A DNA stretch of 64,000 nucleotides. Source: Truepera sp. (GTDB lineage: Bacteria > Deinococcota > Deinococci > Deinococcales > Trueperaceae). The notes beneath the pieces are model-generated. The model was not told the DNA's origin and searched no databases. It was given only the letters and a program-made list of their open reading frames with translations. The position numbers and the translations under genes are program-made. Positions 1 to 9,841 of the stretch are shown piece after piece (the first letter of the stretch is position 1; each line of letters opens with the position of its first letter). The stretch is taken from contig CBDCKW010000009.1 of the NCBI GenBank assembly GCA_965218435.1, forward strand, positions 1,120,001 to 1,184,000, read 5' to 3'.

Positions 1-722
1 CGGAGCTGCCGCCGGTTCGGTTTGGCGTCGCAATTGCCGACCTCGGCGCGGCGATGTGGAGTTTGGTGGGGATTTTAAGTGCGCTACACGTACGTGAACA
101 GACCGGGCGCGGTCAATACATTGATACCTCGCTTTTTGAAGGGCAGGTGTCATGGCTGACTTACGTCGCCGGAAACTACTTTGCAACTGGAAAAAACCCT
201 GAGCGGCACGGTTCGGCGCACCCCAACATCGTGCCGTACCAGGCGTTTGAAACGAGCGACGGCGCTGTCATGATCGCGATCGGTAACGACGGTTTGTGGA
301 GGAAGTTTGTCGTGGCGATAGGGCGGCCTGCGCTGGGAGACGATCCCAAATACATGACGAACGAGACCAGGGCCGCGCACCGGGATGAACTGATCGGCGT
401 CTTGAGTGACGTATTTAAGGCGCAGACGACAGACGAATGGATCGAGCAACTCGGTCAGCGTGGTGTGCCGGTGTCGCCGATTCAAAGTGTTGCCGATGTG
501 GTTGAAGACCCGCACGCCGCCGCCAGGGACATGTTTGTCAAATTGCAGCACCCGACGGTCGGGGAAATGACCGTCACGGGGATTCCCGTCAAACTTTCCG
601 AAACGCCCGGTGAGGTTAAAACGCCGCCCCCAACCTTGGGTCAGCACAGCGAAGAGGTGCTGCTCGAGCTGGGCTACTCACCTGAAGACATCGCGGCGTT
701 GCAAAAAAATAGCGTTGTTTAG
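1..722 (+). CDS. CaiB/BaiF family (class III) CoA-transferase, 5'-truncated by the window edge
   Basis: Frame is open from base 3 (ELPPVRFGVAIADLGAAM). Typical motifs TGRGQYIDTSL, HPNIVPYQAFETSDG, PPPTLGQH. Confidence 0.9.
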   Translation, partial: ELPPVRFGVAIADLGAAMWSLVGILSALHVREQTGRGQYIDTSLFEGQVSWLTYVAGNYFATGKNPERHGSAHPNIVPYQAFETSDGAVMIAIGNDGLWRKFVVAIGRPALGDDPKYMTNETRAAHRDELIGVLSDVFKAQTTDEWIEQLGQRGVPVSPIQSVADVVEDPHAAARDMFVKLQHPTVGEMTVTGIPVKLSETPGEVKTPPPTLGQHSEEVLLELGYSPEDIAALQKNSVV

Positions 723-842
723 ATGGAGTGCTATTCTGCTGGCTCACGGCTGGGTTGCTTGCTTGAAGGGACAATTTGACAGGTGGCCTCGAGCAGGATG
801 ATAACGGGACTCGAGCTGGCTTATTTGGCACTGTGTTCCCCC

Positions 843-1988
843 TCAATACTTGCTCGGTGGGTCGTAGCGGCGGTGAATCGTCTGCGCCAGCGTGTAATAA
901 TCCAAGAGCTTTTCGGTAGACGCCCGCCAGCTCCAGCGTTCCATCTCGAGTCGTGAGCGTTCCCCGAACCTCTGCCTCAGCTCTGCGTCAAAGAGCAGCG
1001 TGCCGAGTTTGTCAGTCAAATCGCCGAGGTCACCTGGGGTAAACATCAGGCCGTTCTCTCCCTCGCTGATCACATCGGGGATGCCGCCAGCTCTAGCCCC
1101 AACTACTGGAACACCCGAGGCCATCGCCTCCATCGCCACAAATCCGAGCGTTTCGGTGTCCGAGGGAAAGGCAAACACGTCGGCTGACGCGTAGGCTTGC
1201 GCCAACTCGTCGCCGCTCATATAGCCGGTAAACACGGTCGGCGTGTCGGCGAACTGTTCGCGTAACGCTTTTTCAGCTGGGCCGGAACCCACAAACGCCA
1301 GCCGTACCTCGGAAAGCTGGGTGACGGGCGCGTAAAGCCAGTCGAGCCGTTTTTCAAATGAAAGCCGCCCGACGTAGACCATCAGCGGTTTGTCCGGCTC
1401 ACCGTCTGAGAGGCGCAGCCGCATGTCGCCGGAGTTGTTGCCGGGGGTGTAGCGCACCGTATCTACCGCTTTCGGCCAGAGCCGCACCCGGTTGATACCG
1501 AGCCCCCGCGCCGAATTGACCATCGGTTGACTCGTGCAGAGGTTGACGTGCGCTTGGTTGTGAACATCCCGAATCCAGGTGTGCGACAACGGTTTGAGAA
1601 AGCCTAAGTTGAGGTGCTCGACGTAGTGCGGCAGGTCGGTGTGAAAGCTCGCTAAAAGGGGCAGGTTGCGCTGTTTGGCAATGGCGGTGCCCCACATGCC
1701 TAAAACGACCGGGTTGATGACATGCACGATATCGGGTTTGAAGCGGTCCAACTCGCGGCCCAAACGGGGGCGGGGGAGACCTAAAAAAAGTTCGGGATAC
1801 CACGGGTAAAATGACACCGCCGGAACCTTGATGATGGGAAACCCTTGAAAGCTCTCGGGCGGGTTTTGCGGCGCGAAGATGATGGCTTCGTGACCGAGGC
1901 TTTGGAGCTGTTCCAAAGTCCGCAGCATCCGGGTAACGATGCCGTCAATTTTGGGTAGAAAGGTTTCGGTAAAGTAGGCGATACGCAC
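843..1988 (-). CDS. sqdX: GT4 glycosyltransferase, probable sulfoquinovosyltransferase (SqdX/SQD2-like)
   Basis: MRIAYFTETFLPKIDGIVTR N-terminus; YVGRLSFEK and ETLGFVAMEAMASG motifs; lies downstream of sqdB on the same strand. Confidence 0.75.
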   Translation of the reverse strand: MRIAYFTETFLPKIDGIVTRMLRTLEQLQSLGHEAIIFAPQNPPESFQGFPIIKVPAVSFYPWYPELFLGLPRPRLGRELDRFKPDIVHVINPVVLGMWGTAIAKQRNLPLLASFHTDLPHYVEHLNLGFLKPLSHTWIRDVHNQAHVNLCTSQPMVNSARGLGINRVRLWPKAVDTVRYTPGNNSGDMRLRLSDGEPDKPLMVYVGRLSFEKRLDWLYAPVTQLSEVRLAFVGSGPAEKALREQFADTPTVFTGYMSGDELAQAYASADVFAFPSDTETLGFVAMEAMASGVPVVGARAGGIPDVISEGENGLMFTPGDLGDLTDKLGTLLFDAELRQRFGERSRLEMERWSWRASTEKLLDYYTLAQTIHRRYDPPSKY

Positions 1989-2262
1989 GGCTATGATAGA
2001 CCTATGATGCGTTGTCGGTACCTGGGCCGGTCAAAACGGAACGAGTCGGACCTAGTTGTTCTAAAAGCGTTATGAATAGATGCGCCATAGTCAGTATGGG
2101 CTACCCAGCTTTCAAACTTACCCGCAAGGTGCGGCACGACGTTTCTTGTCCGCTCCTTGATAGGCCGTGAACCGTCCGGTAAATTGGCTACCCTCACACG
2201 CACAAGGGGTGAATGGTAGCCAGCTTGAACGTTCAAAAGGTTGTACACAACTCGGCCCCTAC

Positions 2263-3501
2263 TCAGGTGGTGGGCTCGAGCTTCTCCGTACCCACGCTGC
2301 TTTTAGGAACGCCAGCTTTGGGTATCCCCGCATGTTGTGCTTTGGTCCATAGAGACATTGCCGGAATCTTGCTCAGGTCGGCCCTGTTTGCGTACTTTTT
2401 GGCAATTTCAGTAACTTCTAACAGCAACCCTTCGGAAAGCGTCGTCGGGTTTAGGCCCATATCTAAAAACAGGTCGTTTTTGACGTGCAGTTCGTTTTCC
2501 GGCGACTCTTTGCGGGGGTTCGGGACGTAGGCTACGTCGTCACCCGTAAGCTTGGCGACGAGCTGCGCTAAGTCGCGCACCTTGTGTGTTTCGGTCATCT
2601 GGTTCAAGATACGGACGCGCTCACCCACAGCCGGGGGATGGGTCAGCGCCAGCTCGACGCAGCGCACGGTGTCCTGAATATGGATAAACGCCCGCGTCTG
2701 CCCGCCGGTGCCGTGAACGGTCAGCGGATACCCGACCGCTGCTTGCATCAAAAAGCGGTTCAGAACGGTACCGTAATCGCCGTCATAATCGAAGCGGTTG
2801 ATGAGGCGTTCGTCGCGGGCCGTCTCTTTCGTATTCGTCCCCCAGACGATGCCCTGGTGCAGGTCGGTCACGCGAACACCGTCATTTTTGTTGTAAAACG
2901 CGAACAACAGCTGGTCTTGTGTTTTAGTCATGTGATAGATGCTGCCGGGGTTCGTCGGGTAGAGAATCTGCTGCTGCACCCGTTCGCCGGTCTCGGTAAC
3001 GACCTCGACGTCTAAGTAGCCCTCCGGAATCTTCATCCCGGCGGTGCCGTAACCGTACACGCCCATCGTGCCTAAGTGCGCGATATGAACGTCTTGACCC
3101 GACTCGACCACGGCGCAAAGCACATTATTGGTCGCGCTGACGTTGTTGTCTACGGTGTAGCGTTTATGCCGTGGCGACTTCATCGAATAGGGGGCAGCCC
3201 GTTGTTCGGCAAAGTGAACGATGGCGTCGGGGCGTTCAGCCTCTAAAATCCCCAAAAACCGCTCGTATTCGGTCGCCAGGTTGAGGTTGTAAAACCCCAG
3301 CTCGTTGCCTGAAACCTCTTTCCAGGCTGCAATACGCTGGTCTATCGGCGCAACCGGGGTCAGCGAAGTTGCGCCGAGTTCGTTGTCAATGTTGCGCCGT
3401 GACAAGTTATCTATGATGACCACTTCATGACCGAGGTTCGACAGGTGCAGCGAGGTCGGCCAGCCGCAAAAGCCGTCGCCGCCCAAAATAAAAACTTTCA
3501 T
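2263..3501 (-). CDS. sqdB: UDP-sulfoquinovose synthase
   Basis: GGDGFCGWPTSLHLS, HFAEQRAAPYSMK, HLGTMGVYG, PGSIYHMTK, TDLHQGIVWG and RFDYDGDYGTVLNRF are SqdB/SQD1 signatures. Confidence 0.93.
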   Translation of the reverse strand: MKVFILGGDGFCGWPTSLHLSNLGHEVVIIDNLSRRNIDNELGATSLTPVAPIDQRIAAWKEVSGNELGFYNLNLATEYERFLGILEAERPDAIVHFAEQRAAPYSMKSPRHKRYTVDNNVSATNNVLCAVVESGQDVHIAHLGTMGVYGYGTAGMKIPEGYLDVEVVTETGERVQQQILYPTNPGSIYHMTKTQDQLLFAFYNKNDGVRVTDLHQGIVWGTNTKETARDERLINRFDYDGDYGTVLNRFLMQAAVGYPLTVHGTGGQTRAFIHIQDTVRCVELALTHPPAVGERVRILNQMTETHKVRDLAQLVAKLTGDDVAYVPNPRKESPENELHVKNDLFLDMGLNPTTLSEGLLLEVTEIAKKYANRADLSKIPAMSLWTKAQHAGIPKAGVPKSSVGTEKLEPTT

Positions 3502-3814
3502 CGTGCCTCCGTAGGCGTGGGGCAGGCTTGCCCCAACAAAGTACCTGTCAGTCTAGCACTTCGTATGTACGGTTAAACAGGCTGAGTAAACGACAAGAAT
3601 AGAGCTACAAAAAGCAGACCTTAGGTCTGCTCGAGCCTCTTTGCCAGCTTGCCCGGCTTTTGCTCTCTAACTGCTGCGCCGAATACACGAAAGACACTTT
3701 TCACAGGCTGCAGATGCTTGAATGCCGTTTTTTGTAGCTCGGCTGTGATCTTATTGGCTGTAGTCTCAGATATTACCAACGCCCTTAGCTGATAAGGTCA
3801 ACAAAACCCAAAGC

Positions 3815-5026
3815 TCAAAGGATACTGCCGCCTCCGCGCACCTTACGGAGCCACTCGCGCCACTGCCGTTTGACGAATCTGCGGCGGTAACTTTGCGCCC
3901 CCGCCTTCCACTCGCCGGATTTAACGGTTGCCCAGATCACCACAGCTGCGATAAAAAACGGGTGCAGCACGGCCCAGGTCACGGTGTTAAGGCCGCCCAA
4001 GTCGCGCCGCCCCATCAATCTTTCGCCTAAGTGCATCCCGTAAACCTCAACGATGAGTTTCGCACCCCAGAGCCCGAACACCCACGGCATCAGCGCAGGG
4101 TCAAAAAAGGCCAGCACCACGCCGAGGCTCAGCACGACGCTCTGCGCCCCTAAAACTGAAATGGCGGCAAAAAAGGCCGGATGGTAGTGCATGATGTGAA
4201 AGTAGCGGCTGACCCAGCGGCGGCGCTGATTTAAGAGCGCGTAAACGCCCGGCATCGGTTGGGTATAGACGCGGATATCGGGGGTATTGGCAAAGACGAT
4301 GCGGCCTTGTTGCAAGCGGCCCATTCGCTGCGTCAAGAGGTCTTCGTCACCCGAAGGGGCACGGCCCGACGCGCCGAAACCGCCGATCTGCAAAAACGCG
4401 CTGCGGCGGTAACCCTGATTGTTGGCGGAGGAGGCGAACTTCCAACCGAAGTGCGTCAAGGCCATCGAGGTCATCATTAAGGATAACCAATCGGTTGATT
4501 CAAACCGCTGCACGGCGCTCGAGCCGTCATTCGGGCGCGTGCTTTCGACGTAGCCCACGACCATCGCCACGTCCGGCGCGAAGTGTGAGACCATCCCCGA
4601 CACCCACGTCTCCGGGTACTGACAGTCGGCGTCCGAGGTTAAGATAAGCTCGCCGGTTGACGCCTGAATCCCGGTATTGACCGCGTTGACCTTGGGTGAT
4701 AAGCGGCGGCTCGGTAGGTGAACGTTGACGAGGCGGAAGCGCGGGTCTTGCGCCACAAAGCGTTCGATGATGGCTTCGGTCGCGTCGGTTGAGCGGTCGT
4801 TGACGATCACGAACTCGAGCCCCCCCGTATAAACCTGCCGGGAAAGCGAGGCGAGCGTCGCAGCTAATTTGTCCTCTTCGTTATGCGCGGGGATAATCAC
4901 GCTGACGCTCGGCGTTGCAGCGTTTTGGGGGCGGTCGTTATGTCTGAGCAGGCCGACAATGACCATCAGCATCAGACCGATATAGGGTAACACGAGCGCG
5001 TAGAGTAAAATTAAAAGTAACGTCAT
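3815..5026 (-). CDS. GT2 family membrane glycosyltransferase
   Basis: SVIIPAHNEE, NDRSTD, DADC, GDED and QRRRW motifs, with N- and C-terminal TM helices. Confidence 0.9.
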   Translation of the reverse strand: MTLLLILLYALVLPYIGLMLMVIVGLLRHNDRPQNAATPSVSVIIPAHNEEDKLAATLASLSRQVYTGGLEFVIVNDRSTDATEAIIERFVAQDPRFRLVNVHLPSRRLSPKVNAVNTGIQASTGELILTSDADCQYPETWVSGMVSHFAPDVAMVVGYVESTRPNDGSSAVQRFESTDWLSLMMTSMALTHFGWKFASSANNQGYRRSAFLQIGGFGASGRAPSGDEDLLTQRMGRLQQGRIVFANTPDIRVYTQPMPGVYALLNQRRRWVSRYFHIMHYHPAFFAAISVLGAQSVVLSLGVVLAFFDPALMPWVFGLWGAKLIVEVYGMHLGERLMGRRDLGGLNTVTWAVLHPFFIAAVVIWATVKSGEWKAGAQSYRRRFVKRQWREWLRKVRGGGSIL

Positions 5027-5446
5027 AAGTTAAAACCTGAGGCTTGCACGCCCGAGTCTAGCATAGGGGCCTCTCAGCCGAAAGCGCCCTAAGCACCCAC
5101 TTATTCAAGAGTACCGCAAGGGTCGTGTCGCTACAGAGGTTACGCGGGTTGGGCCGAGCGGGTTAATCAGCTGAGCGTCGGACAACTCGCCGAGCCGACC
5201 TGCTGAGTTCGTTTGAGCCGTAGCCATACAAATTTTCAGCTACGCAGCTCACCTCATATTTTTATTTTCAAAAGGATTTGCTCCAAGCCGTGACCCAAAA
5301 CCTAATAGACCATAATAATAAAGATCCATAGACTATAAGAAATAGACCATAAGAATATGTGCGCTGTCGGCGCTCAGACAATACAAGTTGACAACACAAG
5401 CTCTACGCGACTGCTCGGTGGCGCAGCTGAGCGGTACGCTGTAGAC

Positions 5447-7711
5447 GTGAAGCTGCCGGACGCACTCGCTAAGCACCGCTCGTATCACGGCTGGTTGGGA
5501 GCACAAGCGGGGTATCGCGGGCAGATTGAGTTTTTTAGCTACGTGCCGGGGCGAGTCGGCGGTGAGCGAGCTTTACCCCCGGCGCGTTACCGCGCCCTGT
5601 TGGCGCAGCTCGAGATTACACCCTACAAACATCAGGCTGAGGCGCTCGCCTACAGCGCAGCGGGGAAAAATGTTGTCGTAGCAACGCCGACGGCTTCGGG
5701 CAAATCGCTTAGTTATCAGGTACCGACGCTCGAGGTCCTGGCACGCGGTGCTCACGCGCTCTACTTGTTTCCGACCAAGGCGCTCGCGTTCGACCAATTA
5801 GAAAAGCTCACCCAGCTTGCTGAGAAGTTAAAGCTCGGCGGTTTTGTCTCAACGTTCGACGGCGATACACCCACGCAGCACCGCCAAGCGGTTCGTGAGC
5901 ACGCACGCTGCATCCTGACGAACCCGGATATGCTCCACTACGGTATTTTGCCGCAACACGCGCGGTGGGCACGGTTTTTGGGCTGCTTAGAACTCATCGT
6001 CTTAGATGAACTGCACGCCTACCGCGGCGTCATGGGGACGCACGTCGCCAATATCGTACAGCGCCTGTTACGGTTGGCGCGCTCCTACGGGGCGACGCCG
6101 CAAGTCGTTGCGGCGAGCGCAACCATCGGGAATCCGGCCGAGCACGCGCACAACCTCACCGGGCTTAAGTTTGAAGCGGTAACCCAAGACGAAAGCCCCA
6201 GGGCTGAACGTGAACTGCTCTTCTGGCGGCCCCCGGATTTGCCCGGTCAAGCAGGGGTGGACGGGCGTCGCCGCAGCACCCACGCCGAAGCTGCCGACCT
6301 CGCAGCGCTGTTTGTCAAAACCGGGCTTAAGAGTATCTTTTTTTGTAACTCGCGCAAGTCTGCCGAGCTGCTCCGCCGTTACGCCGCCGAAGTGTTGACC
6401 GACGCTGAAAAGGCGCGGTTGTCGAGCTACCGGGCAGGGTACAGCAGCGAGGACCGCCGCATGATCGAGTCGGCGTTTAAGGCGGGACGGCTTTCGGTCT
6501 TGACGGCGACGAGTGCGCTCGAGCTGGGCGTGGACATCGGCGGGGTAGACGCGGTGGTGTTGGTCGGCTATCCAGGGTCGTTGACGGCGTTTTGGCAACG
6601 CGCCGGGCGTGCGGGCAGAGGCAGTACACGGGCTTTAACGCTCCTCATTCCGGGCGGTGATCCGCTTGACGAGTACTACCTCACGCATCCCGAAGCCGTC
6701 ACCGAGGGCCGCGTCGAGCACGCGGTAGCCGACGCCTTGAATACCGAACTGCACCCAAAACACCTGGCGTGTGCGGCGGTTGAGAGGCCGCTCGAGCCTT
6801 ATGAGCCGCTCGTCGGCGGGGTAGATTTGGCGTCATTAGCCGGGTTTAAGGAATACCGGGGCCGCTGGGTTTACCGGGGCCGTTATCCGCACCGCACGCT
6901 CAGTGTGCGCGGGACGGGTGTGGGGCGTATCAAGCTGCGGGACAATCTAGGTCGCAATTTAGGCGAGGCCGATTGGGTCAGCGCCCTCCGCGAGCTGCAT
7001 CCGGGCGCAGTCTACTTGCATCAGGGCGAGAACTACCTCGTGCGTAACCTGGACTTGGAAAAAGGCGAAGCCTACTTACTGCCGCACTTAGAAGACACCT
7101 ATACGCAGGCGCGTTCTGAAACCGAAGTGACCGTGTTGGCTGAGTCCGAACGTTTTGGCCGCGTCCATACGGGCCGCGTCGAGGTCACGACGAGTTTTAC
7201 CTCGTATGTCCGTAAACGCCTCTACCGCGAGACTATCTTAGACGAGCGCCCTTTAGACCTACCCGACGCGAGTTTTCTCACGCAGGCGCTCTGGTTTGAG
7301 GTGACTGATGTTGCCGGGGCGGTGCCGCCAAGTTTGTTGCCGAGCGCCATACACGCGCTCGAGCACACCCTCATCGGCCTTTTACCCGCCTTTGTCCTGT
7401 GCGAACGTGCCGATGTCGGCGGCGTCTCGTATCCGGCGTACCCGGCTAGCGGCGCACCGACTATCTTTATTTACGACGGCTACCCCGGCGGGGTAGGCTA
7501 CGCTAGAGAAGGCGCGACAAGGTTTACCGAGTGGCTGAGGGCGGCGGGTGAGCTGCTCACCCGGTGCCCGTGTCAAAACGGGTGCCCGCGCTGCGTGTTA
7601 TCACCTAAGTGTGGCAACGGTAACCAGCTGCTGGATAAAACCGCAGCAAAAGTGCTGAGCCTTAGTTTGCTTGCTACACTTTCTGCTACGCCGTTAATCC
7701 TAAAGGCGTAG
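5447..7711 (+). CDS. DEAD/DEAH-box helicase with C-terminal Zn-binding DUF1998 domain (Hrq1/MrfA-like)
   Basis: PTASGKS, LTNPDMLH, DELH, TSALELGVDIG, QRAGRAGR, CPCQNGCPRC. GTG at 5447 chosen because TACGCT lies 6 nt upstream (ORF is open from 5357). Confidence 0.9.
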   Translation: MKLPDALAKHRSYHGWLGAQAGYRGQIEFFSYVPGRVGGERALPPARYRALLAQLEITPYKHQAEALAYSAAGKNVVVATPTASGKSLSYQVPTLEVLARGAHALYLFPTKALAFDQLEKLTQLAEKLKLGGFVSTFDGDTPTQHRQAVREHARCILTNPDMLHYGILPQHARWARFLGCLELIVLDELHAYRGVMGTHVANIVQRLLRLARSYGATPQVVAASATIGNPAEHAHNLTGLKFEAVTQDESPRAERELLFWRPPDLPGQAGVDGRRRSTHAEAADLAALFVKTGLKSIFFCNSRKSAELLRRYAAEVLTDAEKARLSSYRAGYSSEDRRMIESAFKAGRLSVLTATSALELGVDIGGVDAVVLVGYPGSLTAFWQRAGRAGRGSTRALTLLIPGGDPLDEYYLTHPEAVTEGRVEHAVADALNTELHPKHLACAAVERPLEPYEPLVGGVDLASLAGFKEYRGRWVYRGRYPHRTLSVRGTGVGRIKLRDNLGRNLGEADWVSALRELHPGAVYLHQGENYLVRNLDLEKGEAYLLPHLEDTYTQARSETEVTVLAESERFGRVHTGRVEVTTSFTSYVRKRLYRETILDERPLDLPDASFLTQALWFEVTDVAGAVPPSLLPSAIHALEHTLIGLLPAFVLCERADVGGVSYPAYPASGAPTIFIYDGYPGGVGYAREGATRFTEWLRAAGELLTRCPCQNGCPRCVLSPKCGNGNQLLDKTAAKVLSLSLLATLSATPLILKA

Positions 7712-8197
7712 TTCTTTTTCTAAAACAACAACCAGTTTTTCTCAGATCAGGCCATGTACCTAAAAGCACCGTCCAGAACAGCTTTCACGCCTTATAGGTA
7801 TTGTCCTTTCGAACATTGACGCAAACTCCATGAGCGACTAATGTGAAGCATGTCACTCGGACTTCTCTCACTTCTAACCGCTCTGGTGATATTTAACGTT
7901 TTTTTGTTTTGTGGAGGAGGCAGTTTTCCGCTGTTGGCTGAGCTAGATGAGCAAGACTAAGGCAGCGACGGAGAACTGCCAGCTATGCGCTGGGTAGCCT
8001 GTATTCGCTCGGCTAAACGCTCCAAAAATGTTGAATCCCAACCGCTCTCAACAGTGTTTTAGTTGTCTCACTTGGTCGCAACACTGCCTACTTACTTTAT
8101 TTGCAACGTCAACCGTCACCTTTAATCTCAACTCTGACATTTGTGAAGTCGGCCAGCTTGGTGTCTACCGCCGTTGGCCCCCTCGAGAGGATACAGC

Positions 8198-9433
8198 ATG
8201 AAAACCCTTTATCTAAGTCACGCCGCCGCTCTGGGGGGAGCTGAGCTGTACTTACTCGACTATCTAACCTACTGCCAACGCCATCATCAGGGCCAGGGCA
8301 GTAAAACGCTGCTCTTCGCCGAAGGTGAGTTTGCGCAGAGCTTACGTGGTGTAGGCGCTGAGGTTGAGGTGATGGCCGCGCCAAAAAAGTTGCTCGGTGT
8401 GACCAGGGAGGCCAAAGGCTACCAAAGCCTCGGCGCCGCGTCTGAACTTTTGGGGCTGGCCCGCCGAGTCGCGCGCACGGCTGCTGATTACGACGTCATC
8501 TTTGCCAACTCGCAAAAGGCGTTTATGGTCGGTGCGCTCGCGGCCCTTACCTCGCGTAAACCGCTCGTCTGGTGTTTACACGACATCTTGAGTGCCGGGC
8601 ACTTCAGCGCGGCCAACCGCAAACTTGTGATTACGCTCGCTAATCTGACGGGGGCGCTCGTCGTCGCCAACTCGCAAGCCACGGCGGACGCGTTTGTCAA
8701 GGCCGGTGGCCGAGCGGCGAAGGTCAGAGTCGTTTATAACGGTATTGACGTTGACGCCTACTGTAAGTCTGACGCTGCGACCAACCTCGCAACCGCCGAC
8801 CTGCGCCGCGACCTTGGGATCGGCGACGCGCCGGTCGTCGGCGTGTTTAGCCGGTTGTCTGAGTGGAAAGGTCAGCACGTGCTACTAGAGGCGCTCACTG
8901 AGCTGCCGGGTGTTCACGCTGTCCTCGTTGGTGACGCGCTCTTTGGTGAAGATGCTTACGCCGAGCGCCTACGTGAACAGACGCAGCGTTTGGGGCTCGG
9001 CGGCCGCGTTCACTTTTTGGGGTTTAGACGTGATATTCCCGAGCTGATGCAGTGTGTTGATATTGTGGCGCACACCTCAGTGACGGCTGAACCGTTTGGC
9101 CGGGTGGTAGTTGAGGGCATGCTTTCGGAAAAACCGGTGATTGCGACGTGCGCAGGCGCGATTCCTGAAATTATCAGCGACGGGGAAACCGGCCTGATGG
9201 TTGAACCCGGCGACGCCAACGCCTTAGCCGCCGCCATCAGCACAACCTTAGCGGAGCCTGAAAGGGCGGTGACTCTGGGAACGGCGGCGCGGCGAGCGGT
9301 GCAGGGGCGGTTCTCACTCGAGGCTCTCTCGGGAGGTCTTGAACGCTGTTTTGCTGAACTGAGCGTGTCAGCTGCACCGACCTCGGGCTCGCCGGAAAAG
9401 GCGCTCGACGACTACGAACCTCAGCTTGCTTAA
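8198..9433 (+). CDS. GT4 family glycosyltransferase
   Basis: GGAELYL, NSQAT, VYNGID, SRLSEWKGQ and EPFGRVVVEGM motifs; GAGG RBS precedes ATG 8198. Confidence 0.9.
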   Translation: MKTLYLSHAAALGGAELYLLDYLTYCQRHHQGQGSKTLLFAEGEFAQSLRGVGAEVEVMAAPKKLLGVTREAKGYQSLGAASELLGLARRVARTAADYDVIFANSQKAFMVGALAALTSRKPLVWCLHDILSAGHFSAANRKLVITLANLTGALVVANSQATADAFVKAGGRAAKVRVVYNGIDVDAYCKSDAATNLATADLRRDLGIGDAPVVGVFSRLSEWKGQHVLLEALTELPGVHAVLVGDALFGEDAYAERLREQTQRLGLGGRVHFLGFRRDIPELMQCVDIVAHTSVTAEPFGRVVVEGMLSEKPVIATCAGAIPEIISDGETGLMVEPGDANALAAAISTTLAEPERAVTLGTAARRAVQGRFSLEALSGGLERCFAELSVSAAPTSGSPEKALDDYEPQLA

Positions 9434-9594
9434 ACAACTCCGTGCCGGATGTGGCGGCTGGTTTAGCTGGTATTCCGGGTGCTGCAGAGTTGGCTATCCT
9501 AGTATTACAGCCGCAGTTAGCAGGAGTAAGTTGAGCTGTAACTTTCTCCCACGCCACACCACCTAAGCTTAAAACCTGGGCAGTTGAATCTCAG

Positions 9595-9700
9595 GGGGAT
9601 ACATTTCCCGAGGCTTGCCTCGAAACTAGGAACGTATCAAGGTAAGCGTAGCTTACGAGATTTTCCTAAATACCCCGTCCGCTTGCGGCGGGGATTTTTA
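9595..9700. mobile_element. Small non-coding multi-hairpin element (REP-like or IS200/IS605-end-like, non-autonomous)
   Basis: Hairpins CGAGGC-TT-GCCTCG (9609-9622), GTAAGC-GTA-GCTTAC (9642-9656) and CCCCGtCCGC-TT-GCGGCGGGG (9673-9693). No ORF. Confidence 0.4.
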
Positions 9701-9841
9701 TTAAAGAAACGATTTCCGCAGCGTCCGTAAGGCGTATATCACGAAGAACGAGCGTGGCTCGGCTTACGCCTTTTTAGCTGGTATTTTTGCGTCCCGAGAA
9801 CTTCTTACTTGCTGCTACACACAGATGATAGCCTCAATACT

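Noticed and set aside
723..842. ILLAHGW fragment resembling an alpha/beta-hydrolase start, next to two CTCGAG sites
   Set aside because: Too short to distinguish from chance, and no partner copy in the window.
1991..2248. 85-aa ORF between sqdB and sqdX
   Set aside because: No RBS or motifs. The region holds a hairpin (about 2185-2222) more consistent with an intercistronic structure.
5447..7711. DUF1998 helicase as part of a DISARM/Druantia-type defence system
   Set aside because: Stand-alone, host-like composition and no partner genes. It fits the Hrq1/MrfA DNA-repair type.
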